From NCBI RefSeq assembly GCF_964194155.1, contig NC_135892.1:79174001-79238000 (forward strand): a stretch of 64,000 nt of DNA. The letters are read 5' to 3'. Shown in pieces: positions 34,724 to 46,814 of this stretch. The position numbers and the translations under genes were made by a program. Below the pieces are notes generated by a model that was not told the origin of the DNA, searched no databases, and saw only the letters and a list, made by a program, of their open reading frames with translations. The DNA is from Cetorhinus maximus. Lineage: Eukaryota. Each line of letters opens with the position of its first letter. Position 1 is the stretch's first letter.

Positions 34724-35413
34724 GGCCAGGATTTCCCGATTGGCGAGTGGGAGTCGGGGCCTGCTTGCCTACATGTAAAATGACACCCGGTGACGTCGGG
34801 CGGAACTCCCGACGTCACCCCGCCCCATTTAAATTTTCAGGTAGGCAGGGGCTCGGCAGAATCAGCTGTGCGCCTGCCAACCTGTCAGTGGCCAATTGAG
34901 GCCATTGACAAAGTCATTAAAGTCATTAGTGGACCTGCTCGTCCAATCTTAAGGTTGGCAGGCAGGCCGGGAGCTCTGGCGGACATTAGAAAAAGCATGA
35001 AACCTCATCCACGGGTGGGATGATGTTTCATGCAGGTTTTAAAAAATGTAATAAAAGTGTATTTGAAAGTGATGGACATGTCCCAACTCATGTGACAGTG
35101 TCACATGAGGGCATATGTCAGGGAATTTTTTTTCTTCTATTTTTCAGATTTTTTTATTGTGGAGCCAATCTCCCTGATCACTTAGCCTCAGGGAGATGAG
35201 TGCGCTCTTTCGTGCACATGTGCGAAAGAGTGCACTCTCAGCTCAGGGAATTCCCCCCCCGCCCGCTCGCACAGGGAGCGCATAGCGGACCTTAATTGGC
35301 CTGCCCACGTAAAATGGCAGCATGCCCCCAATTGGGGGCGCCAATCGGAGGCGTGCCTCCACGCGCCCGTTCCTAAACTTCCCCCCACCCCCGCCGGGGG
35401 GAAAATTCTACTC
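34724..35413 (+). mobile_element. Hairpin-rich MITE (GGGCAGAATTTT-type TIR), copy 1
   Basis: Degenerate TIRs GGCCAGGATTTC / AAAATTCTACTC with flanks TCA/TCG. Homologous to 41003-41647, 53484-54170 and 55344-55925. Confidence 0.75.
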
Positions 35414-36344
35414 TCGGTTCGCAGTTGGTTCTCTTCTCAGGATGGTTGCTTTATAAACCGGGCATTGCACTGCCAAGAGAGAGAGGGACAGTGAGGGCAC
35501 ACAGCTTCAAATCCTGTGTTCAGCACAGCATTGCCCTTTTTTCTCTGCCTCCTGCTTGGTAAGGGGGTCCTTGAAAATACTTTGCTGGGTGTATATTCCA
35601 GAGAAATTCTAATTACTTCATGCTGCTGCAGTTATTGTTTCATAACAGGTAATTGCATTTTGGTGTTTCATCTCAGAAACATTTTAAAAGTGTCAGGATG
35701 GTGTGCATCGACAGAGGATGGGATCTTTCACGCTTCCCAGGGGTTGGGTGTTTGCCTTCATCCTACTTGGTGGAATGCAAAATTGTGTGTATTGCAGCAG
35801 CCTGGGCAATTTTCCATTGTCTGTAGAAGGGGCCCCAGTGTTTTTAAAAATCCTGCCAGAAGAAGAAAAAATTAGAAATTGTATTTTCAAAAAGCACATC
35901 CTCATAACAGCCACACATGTACCAGGCAATGACATGAGAGTATAACTACCTTCCATGACATTCAATGGCATTACCATCACTGAGCCTCCCACCATCACCA
36001 TTCTGGAGGTTACCATTGACCAGAAACTTAACTGGATCAGCCACATAAATTCTGTGGCTAGAGGAGCAGGTCATTTGCTGGGTATTCTGGTGGCTCCCTC
36101 TTGACTTCTCAAAACCTATACATCATTACAGGATACAAGTCAATGATGGAATACTCTTCACTTACCTGGATTAGCTCTGCTCCATCAACACTCAAGAAGC
36201 TCGACACCATCGGGACAAAGCAGCCCACTTGATTGGTACCCCATTTATCTCCTTAACCATTCACTCCATCCACTGGTGGGCCATAGCTGCAGTGTGTACC
36301 ATGTATAAGATGCACTGAAGCAACTCGACAAGGCTTCTCTTCAG

Positions 36345-37294
36345 TGCTTTACTACGGAGTATCCCTGTGCTCTTAATCTTTCTCTAAACCTTGGCAGAAT
36401 AATGACTCTTAAGTGCCATAAGACACAACCTTGATCTACCTTGGATCATTTGTGTGTGTGAAATACGCCTGCAATTTCTCATCATCACACTCTTTAGGCT
36501 GGCCGTTCATGACATAATTTTGCATTTTACTGAACTGCACATCCTTGCAAGTTTCTTCACTATTTTCTCTGACAGACATTGGCATGTCATTTGTGTATGT
36601 AAAGTAATTCACAGGTAACTCAGCGTGTAGAAATGAATCTGTCTTCACGGGAAGATAATCTACACTTGCATGATCTACTGACTTACAATCTTTAGTGTCA
36701 TACTGATGGGCCATCAAAATCATTAGCCATCTCTGAATTTGTGCTGCCGCTAAGGGTGGTACTCCATTCTTTGAGCCAAACATGATCGTAAGGGCTTGGT
36801 GGTCACTTAACAAAGTGAACTTCCTACCATACAAGTATTTGTGGAATTTAGTAACACTATATGATTGCAAATGTCTCTTTCTCAACTTGAGTAATTTTGC
36901 TCTGACTTCATTAACATATGTGAAACATACGCCACAGGCTTCTCCACACCGTCTTCCATTATGTGAGATAACATCACACCTTGATCTCCTGAACCATTCA
37001 CAAAACATCCAGACATCACCTGTGTATTCAGCAGGGGTGTGGAACAAACCATTAGACTCATTCACTGAGAAGAGAACTCCTTCGGCCATAATCTAATCAC
37101 TTCTAAGCAATGAACCTGGAATCAACTTTGCTACGATCATGTTTGGATAACTGGTCAGTTTGCAAAGGGAGATCATGTGATGAACCAATTGACCCTCTGT
37201 GTTTAACAAACTACTTTTCTCCAGCCTCAGTCAGAAGAAGGAGACAGTCTGAGTTTTGAGACCAGGAAGGCCCTGATTGGGCATTCTCCCTCTC

Positions 37295-37332
<38 letters not shown>

Positions 37333-39700
37333 CAGCTATCCCGCAAGCTTGTTTCCTGCCTGTTGTTTGACCAGCCACACGTTGTGGGCAGCATCTTCAA
37401 AAATCAATCCAGCAGCTGCAGACTCCAGAAGAAAAGAGAGAAATCTTCTGTCAACATCTTTAAATCATCTCGATGCAGAATCTGGAAAGATCATCAAACC
37501 CAGTCTGAAATCATTTAAGTCATCAATCTACAAGATCTGTGTACAATTCACTTTTTTTTCACTCTTGAACCATTTAACTTGCCCTTCCATGTTGTAATTT
37601 ACTTGTGTGTGTGTTTGAACTCTTGAATGCACATGTGAGTGAGAACTGGAGACTTCTTATTATTTTATTTAGATTGAGCCTTAAAGTACAATAAATACTA
37701 TTCCCCTTTTAAAAACTTACACACAGCCAGGTTTTCTTGCGTCATTTACAGTTACAGCACTTAAACACGTAAACACTCACTGAATTGGCAAGCAAATTCT
37801 TAGAAAAAAAAACACCTGTTGTGGTTAATTGAGGAGTGGAAAGAGGGAAGCCAGTCTACCACTTCTCATCTGACCATAACACTTTTGTGTGTATGAATGG
37901 TAAGCGGCCCCTTGTTCTTGCCTGTTAATTCTAATCTCAAATATGCATTTGACAAATTTACCTTATTGAAAACCTTGCTATTGGCTAAGTTAGAAAACAA
38001 ATTTTCACTGATAGGTAGTGGGTAAGTATAATTCCTGATCACCTTATTTACCATTTTCTTATAATCTCCACAATTGTGGAGATCCGTTTTTTGTACTACC
38101 ACAATGGGTGTGGCACATTCACCGCTCCTCTCAATTGCCCTAGTTCTTTCTGATCTATCCAGGTGTTTACTTACTCTTTCTAAGACACTGGGCCTAGCCT
38201 TGCAAAATGTCGGCTGTACATTATCCTCTATCTTGACTTCGGTCTTGTGATACCTAACTTTACCTTTTGGTCCTCCTTGCTCAAAGACTACTTTGTGCTC
38301 TCTTAGCACTTCCTTAATGGTAGATGTACTCTTACTGATCCCTACTATAAGTAACCCAGCCCAATTTATCCCTATTTTCTTAAGCCAATTCCTTCCCATC
38401 AGTGAGACTTTGTTCCCTTCTACTATTACCAATGGCAAGTAATAGGATGCATCATCGTATTCAACCCTAATACTAACATCACCTAACACCGGAATACTGT
38501 TATTGGACCAACTAATCAGTTTCACATCAGTTTTGTGTACGGGAATGTGACTTAAAGATGTCTTGTCCTCTCTCTGAGGTAACAGGTACCTGCTGTAACT
38601 ATCAACAATGAAAACAAGTTGTGAATCTCTGACTTTCGTTCTTACTGTAGACGCTAGAATTATATCTTCAACCCTTTTAATCTCAGCTATATGATCTGTT
38701 TTTCTTGCTCTCTTGAGAACAACTCTTGATTTTCCTGCTTGATTACACCAACTTCTGTTTCCATGTCAATCATATTTATATTTGAGGACTTCCAAACTCC
38801 TGAACAAGCTTTAGATCTACCACAACCTCGACTTGGTGCAAGGCTGCAACTTGGCACTTTGCTGCAAACTGGAGTATTACTGTTTCCTCCTGCATGCCGT
38901 CTGAATGTGACCGACTTTCCCACAGGCATAGCACTTTGACTGGAATGGGGCCATTTAAATGGTTGGTGACTACCATGGCAACAGCATCTAAATTTCTGAC
39001 TCTGAACTTGGCTGCTGTGGTCTGGATCTCACTGAAATCTGGTGGACCTCCCTACCAGCTCAGGGAAAGAACTCCCATGCAACCTGTAACTATCTCTTTC
39101 TGCCATTTCTATGCTATGGCCTCATCACAGATCTCCTTTCATGTTAGCTTATTGCCTTTGCTCAAAAGGTTGGCTTGGATCTTATTGTTTTTTAGGTATT
39201 CTATGAACATCTCTCAGATTTATTTCTAAATTCGCGCCATACCCACAGTGATGAGAAACTCTTTAATTCAATAATGTAATCTGCAAAGGTCTCATTTGGC
39301 AACTGCTTCCATTCAACGAATGCAACTCTCAGTGCAATGTCAACCTTAGTCGTGTCATAATATGAGTCCAGAATCTCTCTAATTTCGGAATAGTCCATAG
39401 TACTGGAGTCTTGAGCAGCTGGCTCCATCATGATGAGGAAAACACTTACTTTATCCTCATCTCTTATTTTATTCACTTTTAGCTAAATGTGTAACCTTAA
39501 TTCGTAATTACACCAGTCCTCTTTGTTAAGGTTGAATTCCCCCAATATTCCCATTATTCTCAAACATGCCTTCAGTGCCATTTTTTCAATTACATAATGT
39601 GCTAACTCACTGTGTACCTGAATATGCTGTGCATGCAGAGCAATCTCAAAGCTCCTCAAATTCATAGGAGTTCCAGAGTGTGTTATAATGCTCTTCAGTC
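36345..39700 (-). mobile_element. Decayed Gypsy LTR retrotransposon internal region (gag, CCHC knuckle, protease, RT, RNase H)
   Basis: Gag MGILGEFNLNKEDWCNYELRL, knuckle CYACGKVGHIQTAC (about 38891-38933), RT CATPIVVVQK...CGDYK...YPLP...LSNAYLRLEL, RNase H FHKYLYGRKFTLLSDHQAL...AAAQIQRW. Many stops and frameshifts. Confidence 0.85.
37020..37881 (+). mobile_element. LTR-like insertion inside the Gypsy RT, with a (CT)n microsatellite at about 37285-37332
   Basis: Ends ...GACCATAACA, with AATAAA at about 37690. The end resembles the reverse complement of the LTR start at 33345. The 5' boundary is uncertain. Confidence 0.55.
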
Positions 39701-39861
39701 CTTATTTTCTTTTACATTTAACTCCCATCCTCATTGCCACCTTTCTGTTGAGTATTGCCCTTCTGCAGGCAGCCATTATCGAACAACTTTATTTATACCT
39801 CCCCAACAGAGAGGGCAATATAACAAAATGCTCAGACCTTGCAATGTACTATACTTATAAG

Positions 39862-42800
39862 TAGGAATATAGGCACGCAGGAGCAGGAGTAGGCCATTAG
39901 GCCCCTCAAGCCTGCTCTGCCATTTAACTAGATCACGGCTGATCTTCTATCTCAATGCCGTCTTCCTGCACTACCCTGTATCCCTTGATGTTATTGATAT
40001 CTAGAAATCTATCGACCTCACATAATCAATGACTGATCCTCCACAACCCTCTGGGGTAGAGAATTCCAAAGATTCACCACCTTCTGAAGAAATTCCTCCT
40101 CATCTCGGTCCTAAATGGCTTACCTCTTATTCTGAGACTCCCCCACCCTTGCCCTCCAACCAGGGGTAGCATCTTTCCTGCATCTACCCTGCCGAGCCCT
40201 GTAAAAAAAACCATTTATTTCTTCAATGAGATCACTTCTCATTCTTCTAAACTCTAGGCAATACAGGCCCAGTCTCTTGAATCTTCCCTCATAGGACAAT
40301 ATCGTCATCCCAGGGATTAGTTTGGTGAACCTTCATTGCACTCTCTCTATGGCCAATATATCTTTCCTTGGGTAAGGAGATCAAAACTTCACACAGTACT
40401 CCAGGTGTGGTTTCACTAAGGCTTTAGCAACTGCAGTAAGACTTCCTTGCTCCTGCACTCAAAATCCTATTGCAATAAACACTAACATGCCATTTGCCTT
40501 AATTGTTTGTTGCACCTGCTTGTTAGCTTTCAGTGACTTATGAACAAGAATACCTAGGTCTCTTCGGACATCAGCACTTCCCAAGCTCTCCCCATTTAGG
40601 AAGTACTGTGCATTTCTGTTTTTCCTACAAGTGTGGATAACTTCACATTTTTCCACATTATATTCCATCTACCATGCTCTTGCCTACTCTACTCACTTAG
40701 TCTGTCTTAAATCTCCTTGAAGCCTCTTTGCATCCCCCTCACAACTCACATTCCCACCAAGTTTTGTGTCATCAGCAAACTTGGAAATATTACATTTTGT
40801 CCCCACATCCAGAACATTGATATAGATTGTGAATAGTTGGGGCCCAAGCACTGATCCTTCCGGCACTCCACTCGTCACAGCCTGCCAACCTGAGAATGAT
40901 CCATTTATCTCTACTCTGTTTTCTGTCTGTTTACCAATCTTCAATCCATGCCAGTGTATTTCCCCATATCCCATGAGCTCTAATTTTGCTTACTAACCTC
41001 CTGGGCAAAATTTTTCCGTCGGCGATCTGGGGGTGGGGCCCGCTCGCCGATGCAAAAATGACATGGGATGACGTTGGGCGGAACCCCCAACGTCATCCCG
41101 CCCCATTTAAATATTCAGGAAGGCGGGGGGACAGCGTGATCAGCTGTCCGCCCGCCGACCTGTCAATGGCCAATTGAGGTCATTGACAGGGTAGTTCAAC
41201 CAATTGAAGGCCCTGCCCGTCCAACCTTAAGGTTGGTGGGCAGGCTAGGAGCCCTGGCGGGCTTCTGAAAAAAACATGAAACTTCATCCACTGGCAGGAT
41301 GAGGTTTCATGTCGGTTTTAAAAAACTTTAATAAAGTTTTTGTGATATTTATTAACATGTCCCATCTCGTGTGACACTGTTAATTTTTCTATTTTTGGAG
41401 TTTAAAAAAACTTTCAGCGATCTCCCTGAGGCAAAGTGCTCTTTCGCATTTGGGGAATCTCCACCCCCCACCCCCTCCCCGCCCGCACAGGAAGCGCATA
41501 GTGCTTCCTGGCGGACGTCATGCTAGACGGGCCCTTAATTGGCCCACCCACTTAAAATGGCGGCGGAGCCCATTTTGGCGGCAGTTATCGGCGGCCCACC
41601 CGCCACCGAATTGGTTGGGCCCGCCTGTCAAGGGCAAAATTCTGCCCCCTGTGTGGGATCTTATTGAAAGCCTTCTGAAAATCTAAATACACCACACCCA
41701 CTGGTTCTCCCTTATGTATCCTGCTAGTAACATCCTCAAATAAACTCCAACAGGTTTTTTAAACATGATTTCCCTTTCACAAATCCATGTTGACTCTGCC
41801 TGATCTCACCATTATTTTCTAAATGCCCAGTTATCACATCTTTAAAATAGATTCTAGCATTTTCCTTACTATAATGTTTGGCCAACAGGTCTGTAATTCC
41901 CTGTAGTTTTCTCTCTCCCTCCTTTCTTAAGTAGTGGGGTTACATTTACTACCTTCCAGTCTTCATGCACCATTCCAGAATCTATAGAATTATGAAAGAT
42001 GATCACTAATGCATTCACTATATCTACAGCCACCTCTTTAAACACTCTGGGATGTTGATCATCAGGTCCAGGGGATTTATCAACTTTCAGTCCCGTTAAT
42101 TTCTCCAGCACTACTTTTTTTAACTCACAATTTCTTTCAGATCCTCAATCTCACAAGTCCCTTGGCTCCCCAATATTTCAGGGAGTTTTTTTTGTAGAAA
42201 ACCATCATACATACATTCCAGGAATTCGTCGTCCTCATCATTCGTGCTAATTAGGTTTACCCAGTTTATATGTAGATTGAAGTCCCCTATGATTACTGTA
42301 TTACCTTTGTTACATGCACCTCTAATTTCCTGATTTATACCATGCCCTACATTATCACTACTTTTTCGTGGTCTATAAACAGCTCCTATCAAAGTTTGCT
42401 GTCCCTTGCTGTTTCTTAGCTCCACCCAAACTGATTATTACATCTTGATCTTCCGATCTAAGATCCTCTCTGACTAATGTACTGATCCCATCCTTTATTA
42501 ACAGTGTGACCCACCTCCTTTTCCTTTTTGCCTATCCTCCTAAACGCCAAATACACTTGAACTTTCAGTTCCCAGCCTTGGTCACCCTGCAGCCATGTCT
42601 CGTACTGGCAATTAGTTCAAACGTGTTTATTTCTATTGGTGCCATCAATTCATCTACTTTGCTGTGAATGCTGCGTGCATTCAGGCGGATTGCCTTTAAT
42701 TCTGACTTATTATTTTTGCAATCTCTAGCCTTAACTGCTGATGTACTCTTATGTTTGACTGCTCTGTCCCTTCCTGACACACCTTGATAACCATTTCCCT

Positions 42801-43810
42801 TATTGCTACCCTGCTCTCTTACCTTCTCTTCTCTCTTTAGTTTATCATACCTTCCCTCATCCCCCACTATTTAGTTTAAAGCCCTCACTACTGCCCTAGT
42901 TATATGACTCACCAGAACACTGGTCCCAACACAGTTGAGGTGAAGACCGTCCCAACTGTACAGCTTCCACTTTCCCCTCCTGATGCCTGTGCCCCAGGAA
43001 TCGAAATCCATTTCTCCCACACTAATCTTTAAGCCATGCATTTAACTCTCTAATCTTATTTACCCTACGCCAATTTGCTCATAGCTCAGGAAATAATCCA
43101 GAGATTATTACCCTTGAGGTTCTGCTTTTTAGTTTAGTCCTAGCTGCGCATACTCCCTAAGCAGAACCTCCTTCCTAGTCCTGCCTGTTGTTGGTACCAT
43201 CGGAGACCATGACCACTGTATCTTCCCACCTCTCCCACTGCAAGTTCCTCTCCAGCCCAGAGCAGATCTCCCGAACCCTAGCAGCAGGCAGGCAACACAG
43301 CCTTCTGGACTCTTGCTCTTAGCTGCAGAGAACTGTTTCTATCCCCCTCACTATACTGTCCCCTATCACCACTACATTCCTGTTAGTTCCACCCACTTGA
43401 ATGGCTTCCTGTTCCATGGTGCCACAGTCAGTTTGCTCATCCACCCTGCAGTCCCCACTTTCATCCGTACAGGCTGTAAGCACCTTGAAACTGATGGAGA
43501 ATTGCAAGGACTGAGGCTCCTCCACTTCTACCTTCTTGACCCCCTCACCCGCCTCACTTGCAGTCACACCCTGCTGTCCCTGACCACTGACCAAATGAGA
43601 AGACCCTATCTGAAAAGATGTGACCACCTCCTGGAATAAAGGTACCTTTTCCCCAACCTGATGTGTCACAGTGTCTGCAGCTCGGCCTCCAGCTCGATGA
43701 CTCCTCAAGCCGCAGACACTTAACGCAGATATATTTGCTCTGGGTCACACTGGCATCCAGGCACTCTCGCTTTCTATAATTGCAGCACATCACCTGCCCT
43801 GCCATCCTAA
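39862..43810 (-). mobile_element. Near full-length decayed CR1 LINE (ORF1 zinc finger + SGNH esterase; ORF2 APE + RT)
   Basis: ORF1 MAGQVMCC...YICVKCLRL and VVVIGDSIVRG. ORF2 LNARSI, VIIGDFNL, KSPGPD, GVPEGSVLGPQLFTIYIN...KFADDTKLGG. 3'UTR at about 39862-39950. Confidence 0.9.
41003..41647 (+). mobile_element. Hairpin-rich MITE, copy 2 (inside CR1)
   Basis: TIR GGGCAAAATTTT / AAAATTCTGCCC and 3-bp TSD CCT. The host reads AACCTCCTGTGTGGG when the insert is removed. Confidence 0.85.
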
Positions 43811-46800
43811 TGTATCTTAATTTTTTAACTACTTAATCATTTTCTTAATTAATTTTGAATTAAATTATTGCCTCTTCTCTTAAATGCAGTACCTTTGGAA
43901 TTCTGAGAGTGCTCTGTCTTTTTAATGCATCGATAGTGAGACTGCCTTCTCCATTGTTACCATATTTCTGGCAGTAAATCTGGTGACTCGGTAAATCACA
44001 TCCATGGCAGCTTGTTTGACATTATTCAAGGAGGTGGTCACTGATAAAGGTGATCACTGCATAAAGCCATCAAATCTACTATCTCCTATGTATTTTCCGA
44101 ACTCTGTTTCTTGAATTTAGCAGCTGTTAAATGATAATATCTTTGGTAGAACTATCCTACACAGCTAAAATCCTGGAGCTCCTTCCCTAACAGCACTGTA
44201 AGTGTACCTGCACCACATGGACTGCAGCAGTTTAAAAAAGTCACAATTAGGGATGGGCAATAAATGCTGGCCTTGCCAGCCACACTCATCCCAAGGAGGA
44301 ATAAAAAAATGTGATGAACAGTTGCATCTGCCAGTGATTTGATACACGTTGTATAATATGTTCCTTGTTTCGGTGTTTCTTGTTGAAGATTTCCCATTTT
44401 TATTTGGGACAAAACATTTTGATCATTCCATTTTGTTAGGCTATGGTAGCATTATGTTTATATCACTGGGCTAGTAATCCAGAGATCAAGACTAATGATC
44501 TGGAGACACGAGTTCAAATCCCATCACAATAGCTGGAGAATTTAAGTTCAGTCAATCAAGTAAATCTGCACTAAAAGCTAGCACCAGTAACGGTGATCAT
44601 GGAACTACCGATGGTCATAAAACCCATCAGATTCACTAATATCTTTTAGGGAGGGAATTCTGCTTTTCTTATCTCGTCTGGCCTGCAGGTGACTCTAAAC
44701 CCATATTGATTGACTCTTAACTGCTGTCTGAAATACCCTAGCAAGCCTGTCAGTTGTAGGGATGGGCAATTAATGCTGACCTTACCAGCAAAACCAATAC
44801 CCCTTGAATAAATAAAAAAAAATTCTCTTTAATTGGAATTAGAACATTACTCCCATATATCTCAAAATATTACACAGGAAATTAAATACAATATATACGA
44901 TTACATCTATTCTCAGTTTTGAGGTCAACAACATTTCATAACATATAGCATGAAATCATATTTCTGAGATATGATAATTGCTCACCATACCGATTTCTAA
45001 ACATGATTAATTGTTAGCTTTTTAATCATTAGCAAATAAAATTGCAAGTGAATTCAAAAACAAGATCAAAATCAAATGAATTCAAAAACAAGATCTAAGG
45101 AGTTACTTCTTGATTTCACAGCTTTGCTGTTGCTGGGTTCAATTTGGGCTTAAACAATGAAATTATTTTACTAAATGTTTTATTACATTTACAACAACCT
45201 TACATAGTTTGTGAGACTCCTGAACCCATCTAAATCATCTTAAATTCTCTTTGTATTCTACCATTGAAATAAGTCATATTATGCACTGGAACATCACATA
45301 CGAAGGTAAACACATTTGCAAAGTAACTACATTTTTTGTCATAATGATTACATATTTACTTAAGAAATTTTCACCAATTTATAATCACCAATGATTTCCC
45401 ATGGCAAGGCAAAGGATACACTGATGTAAGTGTGTCACTTCGAGAAAATGCACATCATATGCTAGACACAATAAGATGCATGAAAAGCCTTCCTAAATGA
45501 CACTGTATATACACAGTGTTTTCAGTGTCCAACTAGATAAGCTCAGGTTTCAGGAACTCAGTGCCTAACTTAAAATTTTGGGTGCTTCTCAATAAAGATA
45601 AAGGCAATTAAAAAAATACAAAGGACAGTGAGTCCAACAGAAATTTTAGCTTCCGAGGGTGAATTACTGATGCAGCATGTACTAAACTAGAAAGGTGACA
45701 CTAGCTGTATTGCACAAAGATCTGTTATTTTTATTTGCTCCAGAGGTGGTGCTTGACCTGTCTTAGCCAGTTATAACAAACCCAGTTAAAAAAAATATAC
45801 AGTTTACTCCAACTATATGTAAGCAAAGGGTATTGTGTGTACTTTCTGTATTTTACATATTTCTAGTAACACTTAACCTGCTGCATTTTGTTGATAACAC
45901 CTATAAAATAGCATATGCACTAACTCAACATGACTGCAGAAACATAATACAGAAAAGATAAATCTGGAATAATACATCAAACTAGTCCATGACAGTAGGA
46001 CAAGGGGCACAAGTTCAAATCAATATTAGACAAATTTAGCACTGATGTTATCAGTTGGTCAAAAAAAAAAGTGGTCAGTGTAGGGAACTCCTGTGTAGGA
46101 CATTGAAGACACAAACTCTGGAATAATTAAGAAACAGCTGCTGCGATGGAAGGACTGCAGGATCTTTCAGGATAGACTAGCCAAATGAGTGACATTGTCA
46201 TGGGACAATATCTGTGCAGGTTGCATGGAAGTGATCCTGGTGTGAAACAAGTCTGGTGCATGGAAACAAATCATAGGCAACACATCTAAACTGAGTTGTG
46301 GTGGGTGGGGACATGCAACTGATTCTGTTGAGGTGCTGATAGTTTCCATGGGGACTCATCTAGCCCATTTGTACAATTCTAATAGTGACTCAAATTCAGG
46401 AATTTTCTAGTCAGTAGGCTTGTAGCTTAAGTCGGTCCTGCATCTTGTGGATTACTTCAAAAATCTCGTTCCTTGGAATGAACCACAACCTGAGGTGGAA
46501 CCAGCATCTTTCCTATTGTCCACACACAGAGAACTGCATTCTTGTACAATGCAGGTTGAAGGAGAGGTTTAGGAGAAGAGAAAGGAAAATAACAATAAGG
46601 AGAGATGTTACATATCCTAGCAAGTCGCATTTGATAAGCTAGATACCAAGTGGCCTCGAAGCAATGCCTTCTAGATGTTGCAGATTGATCCGATGGTTTC
46701 AGTAACCACCCCTACCCCCACCCCCCCAAACTTCCTCTTTAGAAAAACAAATCTGAACAGGGCTTTAAACCAGCCTCTGCTGGTGCTGAATCCCTCTGTG

Positions 46801-46814
46801 GATCTTATGGCCTA

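Larger units (their letters stand above)
33345..35909 (-). mobile_element. Solo LTR (about 0.9 kb net) hosting a PLE palindrome and a MITE
   Basis: TGTTA...TAACA termini, 5-bp TSD GCCAC at 33340-33344 and 35910-35914, and AATAAA on the minus strand near 33530. Confidence 0.8.
32690..36340 (+). mobile_element. CR1-clade (HER1-like) LINE interrupted by a solo LTR
   Basis: 32690-33344 parallels 8330-9000. The sequence resumes at 35910 (GCCACACATGTACCAGGCAATGAC). Confidence 0.75.

Noticed and set aside
45744-45818. Possible BICRAL UTR exon (TTTGCTCCAG...AT|GTAAGC)
   Set aside because: Splice signals are only moderate and there is no independent support.
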